From positions 16,534 to 80,533 of the forward strand of contig CAYRUB010000001.1 of assembly GCA_964427405.1 (NCBI GenBank): a DNA stretch of 64,000 nucleotides, in the 5' to 3' direction. Position numbers and translations under genes: made by a program. Under the pieces are notes generated by a model. It had not been told where the DNA came from, searched no databases, and saw only the letters and a program-made list of their open reading frames with translations. Within the stretch, counting starts at the first letter, position 1, and every line of letters begins with the position of its first letter. This DNA comes from an uncultured Planctomycetales bacterium. GTDB lineage: Bacteria > Omnitrophota > Gorgyraeia > Gygaellales > Profunditerraquicolaceae. This document shows, one piece after another, positions 9,872 to 21,835 of the stretch.

Positions 9872-11032
9872 CTATTTGCCCATACCTACTCTTTGGCCTA
9901 CCTGAAAGATTTTACCTTCAGTTTGAATTGAGGGGGCGATAATAATCTCCACATCATGCATCTGTTTTAAAGTAGATGCGCCTAGAGAACCCATGGAAGT
10001 TTTTAATGCCCCTAAAAGGTTTTGTGATCCGTCATCTACTTTTGCCGGGCCCAGTAAAATATCCTTTAACGTTCCGGTTGAGCCAACTTGAATGCGTGTG
10101 CCGCGAGGAAGGTTGACATGTGAAGTAGCCATGCCCCAATGGAATCCTCTTCCTGGTGCTTCTTTAGCTCTAGCAAAACTCGAGCCGATCATAACCGCAT
10201 CAGCCCCGCAGGCAAAAGCTTTACAGATATCTCCGCCGCGGTTCATTCCGCCGTCGGTAATAATGGAAACGTATTTTCCGGTGCGCTTAAAATAAAAATC
10301 TCGCGCTCCTGCGGCATCGACAGTCGCAGTAACCTGAGGTACCCCGATGCCTAAAACCCCGCGCGTGGTACATGCCGCTCCCGGTCCGACTCCAATAAGT
10401 AATCCGCTGGCTCCTGTATCCATGAGCTCCAGGGTTGTTTCATAGGTTACGCAATTACCCAGGATAACCGGAATTTTTAAGGATTTGCAGAATTTTATCA
10501 GATCAAGCGTCTTATATTGCGTAGAAAGGTGTCTAATGGTGGTAACTGTGGATTGAATAACGAAGATGTCGGCTCCTGCGGCAATAGCTAATTTTGAAAA
10601 TCTTTCTGCGTTAGCCGGGATACAGCTGACTACTGCCATGGCTTTTGCTTTTTTGATCTCGGCAATTCTTTTGGTAATCAGTTTTTCTTTAATCGGCGTG
10701 GTATAAACTGCCTGTATGAGCTCGGTAGCTTTTTGAGGAGTAGCTTTTGCTATATCCTCCAGTACTTCATCGGGATTCTCATAACGGGTTTGAATTCCAT
10801 CCAGGTTTAAAACCGCCAGGCCTCCCAAACGTGACATTTCTATGGCGAACTTGACATTAACAACACCGTCCATAGCCGCGGCAAGAATAGGTATTTTAAA
10901 TTTTTTACCCATAAATTCAAAGCTGGTATCAACTTCATTTGGGTTTACGGTCTGCGCCCCCGGAACTAAGGCAATCTCATCAAAACCATAACACCTTCTT
11001 GCGCGTCTTCCTATACCTATCCATTCCGCCAT
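9872..11032 (-). CDS. IMP dehydrogenase/GMP reductase family protein lacking the CBS subdomain (IMPDH-related)
   Basis: 386 aa TIM-barrel IMPDH-like sequence (GIGVPQVTA, catalytic-loop region) with no CBS pair. Confidence 0.75.
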   Translation of the reverse strand: MAEWIGIGRRARRCYGFDEIALVPGAQTVNPNEVDTSFEFMGKKFKIPILAAAMDGVVNVKFAIEMSRLGGLAVLNLDGIQTRYENPDEVLEDIAKATPQKATELIQAVYTTPIKEKLITKRIAEIKKAKAMAVVSCIPANAERFSKLAIAAGADIFVIQSTVTTIRHLSTQYKTLDLIKFCKSLKIPVILGNCVTYETTLELMDTGASGLLIGVGPGAACTTRGVLGIGVPQVTATVDAAGARDFYFKRTGKYVSIITDGGMNRGGDICKAFACGADAVMIGSSFARAKEAPGRGFHWGMATSHVNLPRGTRIQVGSTGTLKDILLGPAKVDDGSQNLLGALKTSMGSLGASTLKQMHDVEIIIAPSIQTEGKIFQVGQRVGMGK

Positions 11033-11178
11033 TTTAGAAATCTCCTTGAATTAACTTGTTGTTTTATAATAGGTTACGATAATTTGGCCTTATTAAGGGA
11101 AAAAATCTGAAAAGGATAGTAAATTCTATACCTGAATGACTAGTTTGTCAATATTTATTTTGGGGATAGTGTTTTAAT

Positions 11179-11218
11179 AAAAACGGCTGACCTTTTGCAA
11201 GATCAGCCGTTTTTATTT
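11179..11218 (-). terminator. Rho-independent (bidirectional) terminator downstream of groEL
   Basis: AAAAA-ACGGCTGA-(loop)-TCAGCCGT-TTTT, 24 nt past the groEL stop. Confidence 0.55.
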
Positions 11219-11241
11219 GCTGTTATAACCTATTTTAAGGT

Positions 11242-12966
<1,725 letters not shown>

Positions 12967-12970
12967 TTAA

Positions 12971-13261
12971 TTATTTAATAATAGCTAAAATATCCTCTTC
13001 GCGTAAGATGAGTAACTCTTCGCCTTCTTTGGTAGTAATTTCATTACCGGTATATTTTCCGTATAATACCTTATCCCCGACTTTTACTTCCGGAGCTTGC
13101 ACAGTCCCGTTCTCTAATACCTTGCCTTTTCCTACGGCAACGACTTTGGCCTCTTGCGGTTTTTCCTTAGCCGTATCCGGCAGGACAATTCCTCCCTTAG
13201 ACTTATTCTCTGCTTCTAAAGGTTTAACTACTATGCGATCTCCCAATGGTTTAATCTCCAT
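12971..13261 (-). CDS. groES: Co-chaperonin GroES
   Basis: A true start at [14 protein letters not shown] gives about 96 aa. The longer track ORF (to 13297) is an artefact of reading through the leader. Confidence 0.93.
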   Translation of the reverse strand: MEIKPLGDRIVVKPLEAENKSKGGIVLPDTAKEKPQEAKVVAVGKGKVLENGTVQAPEVKVGDKVLYGKYTGNEITTKEGEELLILREEDILAIIK

Positions 13262-13322
13262 CTTGTCACCTCCTCGCCCAGATGGGCACACCCGCACAAT
13301 ACCTTATAAGCGCGGGGTGTTA
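13262..13322 (-). promoter_or_regulatory. Conserved structured 5' leader upstream of groES (copy 2 of 3)
   Basis: mRNA sense: ACACCCCGCGCUUAUAAGGUAUUGUGCGGGUGUG, then CCC-AUCU-GGG, then CGAGGAGG and AUG. Confidence 0.45.
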
Positions 13323-13338
13323 CTGTTATCAATAAAAC

Positions 13339-13365
13339 TTAGCACTCGTTTCTCTAGAGTGCTAA
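13339..13365 (-). promoter_or_regulatory. CIRCE operator (HrcA binding site)
   Basis: TTAGCACTC-N9-GAGTGCTAA, a perfect match to the CIRCE consensus between the promoter and the groES leader. Confidence 0.85.
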
Positions 13366-13392
13366 TTATAAGCAAAAAAAAATTCTTGTCAA
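13365..13392 (-). promoter_or_regulatory. Sigma-70-type promoter for groESL (-35 TTGACA, 16-nt spacer, -10 TATAAT)
   Basis: On the minus strand: TTGACA (top 13387-13392), spacer, TATAAT (top 13365-13370); CIRCE lies immediately downstream. Confidence 0.6.
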
Positions 13393-13403
13393 GAGTTTTT
13401 TAT

Positions 13404-14039
13404 CTATATTCTATTTAACAGCCAGTCTTTACGGGCTTTATTGGAAATTTCATTTACGATACCCTCCATTCTAGTATCGCTGCTTACCAGGATAAAATCC
13501 CCATCTTTATACGCAAAATCAAGTGTGTAGAAATTTGTAACCGTGTAGTAATATAATTTTGTGTCACTAATATTAGGATGGTGATATTTTTCAGCGTAAA
13601 GCATTTCTTTTATTACTACTACAGCCTTGTAGGGTGAAGTCATAGAATCGGTCTTAATTACGTCGCTATCAGTTACGTTATACTCATACCCTCTTAAATA
13701 ATAATCAAAACGAACAGGGGTGATCAGATAAGTCCGTGCTTGTTTATCCCAGTTTTGTTCAATGAATGTGCCTAGTTCACTATACCTGTTATTCTTAGCC
13801 GAGCTAATCCAGGCCTCTGTTGCCTGGCCTAAGCGGAAATTAAGCTGTGCCGTTAAATCATCTTGTTCGTTCTGTTTTTGCGTTTCATAATTCTTAAGTG
13901 CCTGCTCAATAACTGTTTTTGCGCCGTTATCATTCTTAGGAGTTTCCGATTTTTGTCCAAAAGAAACCTCCGACAAAGCAGACAAAAGACAGATAGTTGC
14001 TGTGATAATTATAAAATTAAATGCGTTTTTTGATTTCAT
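13404..14039 (-). CDS. Hypothetical secreted protein
   Basis: 211 aa; N-terminal signal peptide; no motif I recognise. Confidence 0.55.
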   Translation of the reverse strand: MKSKNAFNFIIITATICLLSALSEVSFGQKSETPKNDNGAKTVIEQALKNYETQKQNEQDDLTAQLNFRLGQATEAWISSAKNNRYSELGTFIEQNWDKQARTYLITPVRFDYYLRGYEYNVTDSDVIKTDSMTSPYKAVVVIKEMLYAEKYHHPNISDTKLYYYTVTNFYTLDFAYKDGDFILVSSDTRMEGIVNEISNKARKDWLLNRI

Positions 14040-14766
14040 GCCTATAAATAAGATTAATTCCTTTTAAGGTTAAATCCTTATCAACTTTCATATGAACCTT
14101 AGAGTATTTTTTAATCAGGCAGATACTTCCTCCTGTTCCGATAACCAAAACATCTTTGCCAAATCGCTGCCTGATTCTTTTAATTATCCCGTTAGATAAG
14201 TCTGCTACGCCGAAAACAATACCGCTTAAGATGCTGTTTTTAGTATCTTTGCCGATAAGCATTTTCGGCCTGGCTAACTTTACCTCCGGGAGCAAGGCAG
14301 TTTTTTCTTTTAACGCCTTAAGGCAAATATCCATACCCGGGACAATTAAGCCTCCTAAGTATTCCTTATTTTTAGAAATTACATCAAAGGTGATGGCAGT
14401 GCCTGAATCTATAACAATCAGTGGCGCCCAGTAAAATATGCTTGCTGCATAAGCATTCACCAGCCGGTCCTGGCCTACTTGTTTTGGTTTGTGGTAAAGG
14501 TTTTTTATGGGGACTGTTAAATCCTTACCTATTATATAGGGTAGTTTGCCGGTTAGGGATATTAGGTTATGTAAAATAACTTTTGTTTTTTCCGGTACAA
14601 CGCTGCAGATTATGCTGGCGGATATCTTAGGGGTATTTTTAAGCTTTTCAATAAATCTTGTTTTAAAACAGGCTTTTGTGGGGATATCAAACTGTTTAAT
14701 TAATCTTGGCCCTTTAAATATACCGCAGGATATATTTGTGTTGCCAATATCAATTGCCAGTAGCAT
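14017..14766 (-). CDS. coaX: Type III pantothenate kinase
   Basis: 249 aa; [22 protein letters not shown] fold. Confidence 0.85.
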   Translation of the reverse strand: MLLAIDIGNTNISCGIFKGPRLIKQFDIPTKACFKTRFIEKLKNTPKISASIICSVVPEKTKVILHNLISLTGKLPYIIGKDLTVPIKNLYHKPKQVGQDRLVNAYAASIFYWAPLIVIDSGTAITFDVISKNKEYLGGLIVPGMDICLKALKEKTALLPEVKLARPKMLIGKDTKNSILSGIVFGVADLSNGIIKRIRQRFGKDVLVIGTGGSICLIKKYSKVHMKVDKDLTLKGINLIYRHEIKKRI

Positions 14767-16720
14767 GCTTTAGCTCCTTAACCTTGTCTCTTAAGCTGGC
14801 CGCCTTTTCAAATAACAGGTTGCGCGCCGCCAGCTCCATTTCATATTCTAACTCAGAAATATATTTATGCAACTGGTATTGCTCCTTGGGTTCTCCGGTC
14901 AGTTCACGTACAAATTCATCGGTCTGCTCAAGGACTTCAATCCCTTCTTTGATAGATTTCTGGATCGAACGCGGGGTAATCGCATTTTTCCGGTTGAATT
15001 CAAGCTGGAGTTTTCTTCTGCGCCTGCTTTCACCGATTGCCTTTTTCATGGAGCCGGTAATGGTATCGGCGTACATAATTACCGTCCCGTTGATATTGCG
15101 CGCGGCCCGGCCCCCTACCTGTATAAGGCTTGTGGCTGAACGCAAGAATCCCTCTTTATCCGCATCCAGGATTGCCACTAATGAAACTTCAGGCAAATCC
15201 AGGCCTTCGCGAAGCAGGTTAATTCCCACCAGGCAGTCAAATTTCCTCTCTCTTAATTCTTTCAGTATCCTGGAGCGCTCTATAGTTTTTATTTCGGAGT
15301 GCAGATATTTTACCTTTATTCCTTTTTCTGAAAGGTAATTAGCTAAATCCTCGGACATCCTTTTAGTAAGCGTCGTTACCAATACCCTTTCTTTGTTTTT
15401 GGCGCGTTGTCTAATTTGGCTGATTAAATCTTCAATTTGGCCGCTTGTCGGTTTAATTATAATTTCCGGATCCACTAGCCCGGTGGGCCGGATGACTTGC
15501 TCGATAATCTTATTGCCGCTTAATTTAAGTTCGTATTCATCAGGCGTAGCTGAGACAAAGATTGTTTGTTTTACGAGTTGGTTGAATTCGTTGAATCTTA
15601 AAGGACGATTATCCAGGCAGGACGGAAGCCGGAAACCGTATTCAACCAGTGTTTCTTTCCTGGCCCTGTCACCGGCGAACATTGCCCTTATCTGCGGCAG
15701 AGTTGCGTGTGATTCATCAATTATGGTTAGAAAGTTTCCTTTAAAATAATCAATCATTGAGTACGGCCGGCTGCCCGCCGGCCTTATGCTTAAGTGGCGG
15801 GAGTAGTTTTCTATCCCGTGGCAATATCCGATTTCTTTGAGCATCTCTAAATCATAATTTGTGCGCGTTTCTAAACGTTGAGCCTCAAGCAGTTTATTTC
15901 TTTCTCTTAAATTCTTAAGCTGAGCAGCCAACTCCTCCTTTATCGAAGCAATTGCGCCGTCAATTTTATCACCGGATACAATAAAGTGTTTTGCCGGATA
16001 AATGGCGATTTTTTCAATACTGCTCAATACTTTTGCGGATAGCGGGTCAATCACGGAGATTTTATTTATCCTGTCTCCGGTTAATTCTATGCGTACTGCT
16101 TTCTCGCTGTAAGAAGGAAATATTTCAATTACTTCTCCGCGCACCCTGATCCTGCCGCGTTTAAATTCATAATCGTTCCGTTCATACTGGACCTGGATTA
16201 GCCTGGCGATTAATTCTTCACGTAGGATTTGTTCTCCCTTGTTTAAAATCAGCAGATGCTCCTGGTAATCCTGGGGAGAGCCTAAATTGTAGATACAGGA
16301 AACTGAGGCGACAACAATTACATCTTGACGGCTGATCAACGAGGTGGTTGCGGAGAGCCTTAAACGGTCCAATCGTTCATTTATCGAGGAATCTTTTTCT
16401 ATATAAGTATCCGTGGATGGAATGTATGCTTCAGGCTGGTAATAATCGTAATAACTTACAAAATATTCAACCGCGTTACGCGGAAAGAATTCCTTGAATT
16501 CAGAATATAGCTGGGCTGCCAGTGTTTTGTTATGCGAGATTACCAGCGTCGGCAAATTTAGCTTTGCTATTACGTTAGCTAAAGTAAAGGTCTTGCCGCT
16601 TCCGGTAACCCCTAGGAGCGTAGTATAACGGTTCTTGGCAAGTATGGCCTTGCTAAGATTTTGTATTGCCCTGGGTTGGTCCCCGCATGGTTTAAAACCA
16701 GAAACAAGCTTAAATTTCAT
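14750..16720 (-). CDS. uvrB: Excinuclease ABC subunit B
   Basis: 656 aa; Walker A GVTGSGKT, helicase motifs, and the C-terminal UVR domain. Confidence 0.95.
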   Translation of the reverse strand: MKFKLVSGFKPCGDQPRAIQNLSKAILAKNRYTTLLGVTGSGKTFTLANVIAKLNLPTLVISHNKTLAAQLYSEFKEFFPRNAVEYFVSYYDYYQPEAYIPSTDTYIEKDSSINERLDRLRLSATTSLISRQDVIVVASVSCIYNLGSPQDYQEHLLILNKGEQILREELIARLIQVQYERNDYEFKRGRIRVRGEVIEIFPSYSEKAVRIELTGDRINKISVIDPLSAKVLSSIEKIAIYPAKHFIVSGDKIDGAIASIKEELAAQLKNLRERNKLLEAQRLETRTNYDLEMLKEIGYCHGIENYSRHLSIRPAGSRPYSMIDYFKGNFLTIIDESHATLPQIRAMFAGDRARKETLVEYGFRLPSCLDNRPLRFNEFNQLVKQTIFVSATPDEYELKLSGNKIIEQVIRPTGLVDPEIIIKPTSGQIEDLISQIRQRAKNKERVLVTTLTKRMSEDLANYLSEKGIKVKYLHSEIKTIERSRILKELRERKFDCLVGINLLREGLDLPEVSLVAILDADKEGFLRSATSLIQVGGRAARNINGTVIMYADTITGSMKKAIGESRRRRKLQLEFNRKNAITPRSIQKSIKEGIEVLEQTDEFVRELTGEPKEQYQLHKYISELEYEMELAARNLLFEKAASLRDKVKELKHATGN

Positions 16721-16723
16721 TTA

Positions 16724-17605
16724 TTAAACAACGTCTAAGCTGATATCCACTGATTTTATAGAATCAGTCAGCTCTCCCACTGAAATTATCTCTACGCCTG
16801 TTGCGGCGTATTCTTTTATGTTCTCAAGATATATGCCTCCGGATGCCTCAAGTTTGCTGGGTAGGTGATGGCTTTTAAATTCAGTGCTGTTCCTGATTCT
16901 TACTGCTTCTTTGATATCCTCAACCTTCATATTATCAAGCATGATGATATCAGGCTTAAAATACAAAGCGTGTTTAAATTCTTCCAGGTTTTGTGCTTCT
17001 ATCTCAATCTTATAACCCTTTGGCACACTGGGCAGTTTGGAATAACCATCAGTAGCTTTAATATGGTTATCTTTGATTAAGATCATTTCATCCAAACGGA
17101 TCCTGTGGTTATGCCCACCACCGATCCTTACGGCGTATTTCTGTAATTCTCTTAAACCGGGCATAGTCTTGCGCGTGTCGGTAATTTTGGTTTTATAGGG
17201 CTCAATCTCTTTAACAAATTCGTTTGTCTTTGTGGCGATTCCGGAAAGCAGGGATAATAAATTCAGGGCTACCCGCTCAGCAGTAAGTATGCTGCTGGCC
17301 TTTCCAGAAATAACAGCAATTGTCTTTTTGGCCTTAACCATCTTGCCTTCTTTGATCTTCTGGACAAATTCTACGGAGGGATCCACAGCTTTAAATACCC
17401 TTTCCGCGATAATTATACCGCAAAGCAGAAAATCCTCTTTAGCAATAATCTTTGCTTTGATTATTTTGTCTTTTGGAATAGTAAGTTGGGTGGTAATATC
17501 TCCGCGGCCGATATCTTCAATCAAGGCGTGCCTGACTATCGTTTCCATCCTCTCAGGGTTAATTTCAGGCTTGCTTTCCGATAAGAAGTATTTATCGTAA
17601 CCCAT
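16724..17605 (-). CDS. nadC: Nicotinate-nucleotide pyrophosphorylase (carboxylating)
   Basis: 293 aa QPRTase family. Confidence 0.85.
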   Translation of the reverse strand: MGYDKYFLSESKPEINPERMETIVRHALIEDIGRGDITTQLTIPKDKIIKAKIIAKEDFLLCGIIIAERVFKAVDPSVEFVQKIKEGKMVKAKKTIAVISGKASSILTAERVALNLLSLLSGIATKTNEFVKEIEPYKTKITDTRKTMPGLRELQKYAVRIGGGHNHRIRLDEMILIKDNHIKATDGYSKLPSVPKGYKIEIEAQNLEEFKHALYFKPDIIMLDNMKVEDIKEAVRIRNSTEFKSHHLPSKLEASGGIYLENIKEYAATGVEIISVGELTDSIKSVDISLDVV

Positions 17606-20246
17606 TTTTAATCACCTCCAGCTTAATCACCTGTTCATGCATATCTTTTAATTTAGTTTTTTCGGTATCTACGATTTCTTTCGGAGCGCGGCTAAGGAAA
17701 TTCGCATTAGCCAGCATGACCTCTTTATTTCTAATTTCAGATTTTATCTTATCAATTTTTGCTTGATTCTTTTTAATTTGCTCGGCCACGTCTACTATTC
17801 CGCTAAGCGGCATTACAACATGTATATCTTTAAGTATGCAGGCAAATTCGTTCTCCTGTGGCAGATATTCCTTAGCTATGATTAAAGAATCCACTTTAGC
17901 CAGATTTTTTATGTAATCTAATAACGGCGCCACGGTTTTTTCCAGAGCCCCATCGGAAAAGGTTAATCTAATCTGAATACGGCTGTTTAAAGCTACTTCC
18001 ATCTCCGCGCGCATGTTTCTTATGGTATTAATAATATCAAAAGCCAGCTGCATTTGTTTTTCATCGTTGATATTGATTAAATCGCCCTGCAGGTGCGGCC
18101 ACTTCTGTTGCATAATTGAATCTTTTGCTCCCGGAAGGCGCTGCCATATTTCTTCGGATATAAAAGGCATAAAAGGATGAATCAGCCTGAGATATTTTTC
18201 CAGGATTTTATACATAATCAGTTGAGTTTGTTTTTCGCCTATTTGCGGTTTGATTAATTCCAGGTACCAGTCGCAAAACTCATGCCAGAAAAATGAATAC
18301 AAACCGTTAGCCGCTTCATTGAACCTGTAAGCAGCCAGATCCTCATCTGTTTTTTTAAGGGTAGAATAAAAACGGCTGATTATCCAGCGGTTGGCAACAT
18401 CCAGTTTTTCATTTTTAAAGAAAACGCATAAATCTGCGTTTGCATTTTCTGATTTAAGGTTCATCAAAATAAACCTTGAGGCATTCCAGATTTTATTGGC
18501 AAAGTTCCGGCCTTGTTCAAATCTTTCTTTGGATAAATAAACATCCTGGCCCTGGGCAGTTATGGAGATCAGGCTGAAACGCAGGGCATCCGTGCCGTAT
18601 TCGGCAATAACCTCTAGAGGGTCAATAACATTGCCTAAGGATTTAGACATTTTCTTGCCTTCTATGTCGCGTACAGTACCGTGGATATAAACATCTTTAA
18701 AAGGAATATTTTTCCTGAATTCCAGGCCGGACATAATCATGCGCGCTACCCAGAAAAAAATAATTTCCGGAGCAGTGACCAAGGTTGCGGTAGGGTAAAA
18801 ATATTTCAGGTCGGCGTTTTCTTTTGGCCAGTAAAATGTGGCAAACGGCCACAGCCAGCTGGAAAACCAGGTATCCAAGACATCCTTCTCCTGGTATATA
18901 TCGGTTGAGGCGCACTTTGGGCATTTTTCCGGTTTTGTTTTGGATACAATAATGCCTTTGGCCGGATTTTTTGATTGGCAATTTTTACAGTAATAAACCG
19001 GTATGCGGTGGCCCCACCAGATCTGCCGGGATATGCACCAATCCTGGATATTTTCCATCCAGTTAAGATAAACCTTTGTCCAGCGTTGGGGGTAAAATTT
19101 AATTTTTCCTTTTTTTACTACTTTAATTGCCGGCCTGGCTAAGGGGCGCATCTTCACAAACCATTGCTTTGACAGGTATGGTTCGACAATTGTGTGGCAG
19201 CGGTAACAATGCCCGACAGAAAGTTTATGCTCCTGGATTTTCTCTAATAAGCCTATTGTTTTTAATTCTTCCAGTACCGCTTCTCTTGCTTTAAAACGGT
19301 CGAGCCCGGAGAACTTGCCGGCCAATGAATTCATTTTGCCGTCCGGGGTCATTACATTAATGAATTCCAGGTTGTGTTTTTTACCCATACGGTAATCATT
19401 AGGATCATGCGCAGGGGTGACTTTTACCGCGCCGGTTCCAAATTCCATATCTACCATGCTATCGGCGATAATTTTAATCTCGCGGTTTACCAGGGGAAGA
19501 ATTAAAGTTTTTCCTATATATTCTTTATAACGGGTATCTTTGGGGTTTACGGCTACCGCAGTATCTCCCAGCATGGTTTCCGGACGGGTGGTGGCAACGC
19601 TGATAAATTCATTCGGGTTATTTTTCAGAGGATATTTAAAATAGTAAAGGTTACCCTGTAATTCTACGTGGCTGGCCTCTTCGTCGCTTAACGCTGTTTG
19701 GCAGCGGGGGCACCAGTTAATAATGTAGTAACCCTGATAGATAAGTTTTTTCTTGTAAAGCCAGATAAAGGCCTCAGCTACGCTTTCTGAATAGGCCGCA
19801 TCCATTGTGAAGCGGGTGCGCGACCAGTCGCATGAAGCGCCTAATTTCTTCAGTTGGGTAATAATAGTTGAACCATTGCGTTCTTTCCATTCCCAGACTT
19901 TAGAAATAAATTTATCAACACCTAAGTCCTGGCGTTTTAATCCTTCTTTTGCCAGGGATCTCTCGACCACGTTTTGAGTGGCAATTCCGGCATGGTCGGT
20001 TCCCGGCATCCATAAACTGTTAAATCCTTTCATCCGGTGATAACGGATCAGGATATCCTGGATGGTATTGTTTAGGGCGTGCCCCATATGCAGTATTCCG
20101 GTAACATTAGGAGGGGGGATAACTATGCAATAGGGTTTCTTTTCAGAGGATATTTTGGCGCCAAAAAGATTGTTATCTTCCCAGGTTTTATACCACTTCT
20201 CTTCTGTTTCTTTGGGATTGTATTGTTTGGATAGTTCTTCAGCCAT
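17592..20246 (-). CDS. valS: Valyl-tRNA synthetase
   Basis: 884 aa; HMGH and KMSKS motifs; C-terminal coiled coil. Confidence 0.95.
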   Translation of the reverse strand: MAEELSKQYNPKETEEKWYKTWEDNNLFGAKISSEKKPYCIVIPPPNVTGILHMGHALNNTIQDILIRYHRMKGFNSLWMPGTDHAGIATQNVVERSLAKEGLKRQDLGVDKFISKVWEWKERNGSTIITQLKKLGASCDWSRTRFTMDAAYSESVAEAFIWLYKKKLIYQGYYIINWCPRCQTALSDEEASHVELQGNLYYFKYPLKNNPNEFISVATTRPETMLGDTAVAVNPKDTRYKEYIGKTLILPLVNREIKIIADSMVDMEFGTGAVKVTPAHDPNDYRMGKKHNLEFINVMTPDGKMNSLAGKFSGLDRFKAREAVLEELKTIGLLEKIQEHKLSVGHCYRCHTIVEPYLSKQWFVKMRPLARPAIKVVKKGKIKFYPQRWTKVYLNWMENIQDWCISRQIWWGHRIPVYYCKNCQSKNPAKGIIVSKTKPEKCPKCASTDIYQEKDVLDTWFSSWLWPFATFYWPKENADLKYFYPTATLVTAPEIIFFWVARMIMSGLEFRKNIPFKDVYIHGTVRDIEGKKMSKSLGNVIDPLEVIAEYGTDALRFSLISITAQGQDVYLSKERFEQGRNFANKIWNASRFILMNLKSENANADLCVFFKNEKLDVANRWIISRFYSTLKKTDEDLAAYRFNEAANGLYSFFWHEFCDWYLELIKPQIGEKQTQLIMYKILEKYLRLIHPFMPFISEEIWQRLPGAKDSIMQQKWPHLQGDLININDEKQMQLAFDIINTIRNMRAEMEVALNSRIQIRLTFSDGALEKTVAPLLDYIKNLAKVDSLIIAKEYLPQENEFACILKDIHVVMPLSGIVDVAEQIKKNQAKIDKIKSEIRNKEVMLANANFLSRAPKEIVDTEKTKLKDMHEQVIKLEVIKNGLR

Positions 20247-20252
20247 TACTGT

Positions 20253-21833
20253 TTACCCTTGCTGTTGATCCTTAAGGAGCTTATATTCTACGCTGTCAAC
20301 CAGGGCCTGCCAGCTAGCTTCAATTATATTTTCATGTACTCCGATGGTATCCCAAATATCTTTTTCATCCTGGGATTGGATTAACACGCGCACTTTTGCG
20401 GCAGTGCCTGCTTTTTCATCCAAGACGCGTACTTTAAAATCAGCTAGATGCATTTTAGCTAAAGTCGGATAAAAATCCTTTAAGGCCTTGCGCAGGGCAT
20501 TGTCTAATGCGTTAATTGGGCCATCTCCTTCAGCGGCAGTATGCTCTTTAACTCCTCTTACCTTTAGCTTAATCACTGCTTCAGAGGTGATCTTATTATT
20601 TGAATGCTTCTCGATAACTACCTTGAACCCCTCCAGTTCAAAAAACTTTTTATATTTCCTTAATGACCTTTTCATTAATATCTGAAAGGATGCCTCTGCA
20701 GCCTCAAACTGGAATCCCTTATGTTCTAGAGATTGCACTAATTTCAGGATCTTTTTAGTTTGAGGGTCTTCTTTACTTAGATCATAGCTTAAATCTTTAG
20801 CCCTCAAGAGAATTCCGGTCTTTCCTCCCAGCTCAGAAACTAAAATCCGGCGATGATTACCTATCAGTAAAGGATTAACATGTTCATAAGTTAGAGGGTT
20901 TTTCATTATAGCATTGATATGCATCCCTCCTTTATGCGCGAATGCCGAGTCTCCCACAAAAGGCTGTTCGCTCTTGACGCGCATATTGCTGATCTCGCTG
21001 ACAAAATGCGAAAGGTGCGAAAGCTGTTTTAAATTTTCATCCGAAATACAGTTAACCTTTAATTTAATTTTCAGGTTCGCGATAACCGGGATCAAGTCTG
21101 CGTTTCCGCAGCGCTCACCATAGCCGTTAATTGTCCCCTGGACAATATTTGCTCCTGCTTCTACGGCGGCCAGGGAATTGGCAATTGCAACGCCTGCGTC
21201 ATTATGGCAATGGATGCCCAGGTCTATCCCTGTGTCAGCGATTTTATTTTTTATCTCTGTTGTTATGCTGTATATCTGGCTGGTTAAAAACCCGCCGTTT
21301 GTATCACATAGGCAAATTGCTTTTGCCCCGCCGGAGCATGCGGCATCCAGGGTCTTTAAGGCATAGTCCTTATTTGCTTGATAGGCATCAAAAAAATGCT
21401 CGGCGTCGTAGAAAACAAGAAAACCCTTTTTCACCAGAAAGCTGATTGTATCTTCGATCATTGAAAGGTTTTCATCCAGCGATGATTTCAAAACCTCAGT
21501 TACATGAAAGTCCCAGGTTTTCCCCACGATAGTAATTACCTGGGCATTGGATTTTAAAAGCGCTTTTAAATTTGAATCTTCCGAGGCTGAAATATTCGGC
21601 CGGCGGGTCATGCTAAAGGCGGCAATCTGGGAATTTTTGAGCTTGCTGCGGCTGATTTTTAAGAAAAACTCCCGGTCTTTCGGGTTTGAACCCGGCCAGC
21701 CTCCTTCAATGAAATGAATACCAACTTTATCCAGCTCCTCCGCTATGCGGATTTTATCCATTACCGAATAAGAAACTCCTTCTGCCTGTGAGCCGTCGCG
21801 TAACGTGGTATCATATAATTTTACATTTTTCAT
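20253..21833 (-). CDS. cimA: Citramalate synthase / 2-isopropylmalate synthase family (CimA-like)
   Basis: 526 aa; N-terminal LYDTTLRDGSQ, a DRE-TIM barrel, and a LeuA-type C-terminal regulatory domain. Confidence 0.8.
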   Translation of the reverse strand: MKNVKLYDTTLRDGSQAEGVSYSVMDKIRIAEELDKVGIHFIEGGWPGSNPKDREFFLKISRSKLKNSQIAAFSMTRRPNISASEDSNLKALLKSNAQVITIVGKTWDFHVTEVLKSSLDENLSMIEDTISFLVKKGFLVFYDAEHFFDAYQANKDYALKTLDAACSGGAKAICLCDTNGGFLTSQIYSITTEIKNKIADTGIDLGIHCHNDAGVAIANSLAAVEAGANIVQGTINGYGERCGNADLIPVIANLKIKLKVNCISDENLKQLSHLSHFVSEISNMRVKSEQPFVGDSAFAHKGGMHINAIMKNPLTYEHVNPLLIGNHRRILVSELGGKTGILLRAKDLSYDLSKEDPQTKKILKLVQSLEHKGFQFEAAEASFQILMKRSLRKYKKFFELEGFKVVIEKHSNNKITSEAVIKLKVRGVKEHTAAEGDGPINALDNALRKALKDFYPTLAKMHLADFKVRVLDEKAGTAAKVRVLIQSQDEKDIWDTIGVHENIIEASWQALVDSVEYKLLKDQQQG

Positions 21834-21835
21834 GC

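Noticed and set aside
12971-13297. N-terminal extensions [12 protein letters not shown]- on groES and MRRCALCSAIARVCPSGQGEQV- on lysC
   Set aside because: The shared peptide RVCPSG(R/Q)G is the conserved leader nucleotide motif read in frame. Canonical starts with SD AGGAG lie downstream (MEIKPLGD..., MSKGLVV...).
14736-15338. 200-aa plus-strand ORF
   Set aside because: It is antisense to uvrB and overlaps coaX, a typical antisense shadow. The same applies to the other plus-strand ORFs of 60-140 aa nested inside the minus-strand genes (for example 5650-5967, 7273-7527, 8483-8803, 11261-12970, 36256-37038, 45235-45573).
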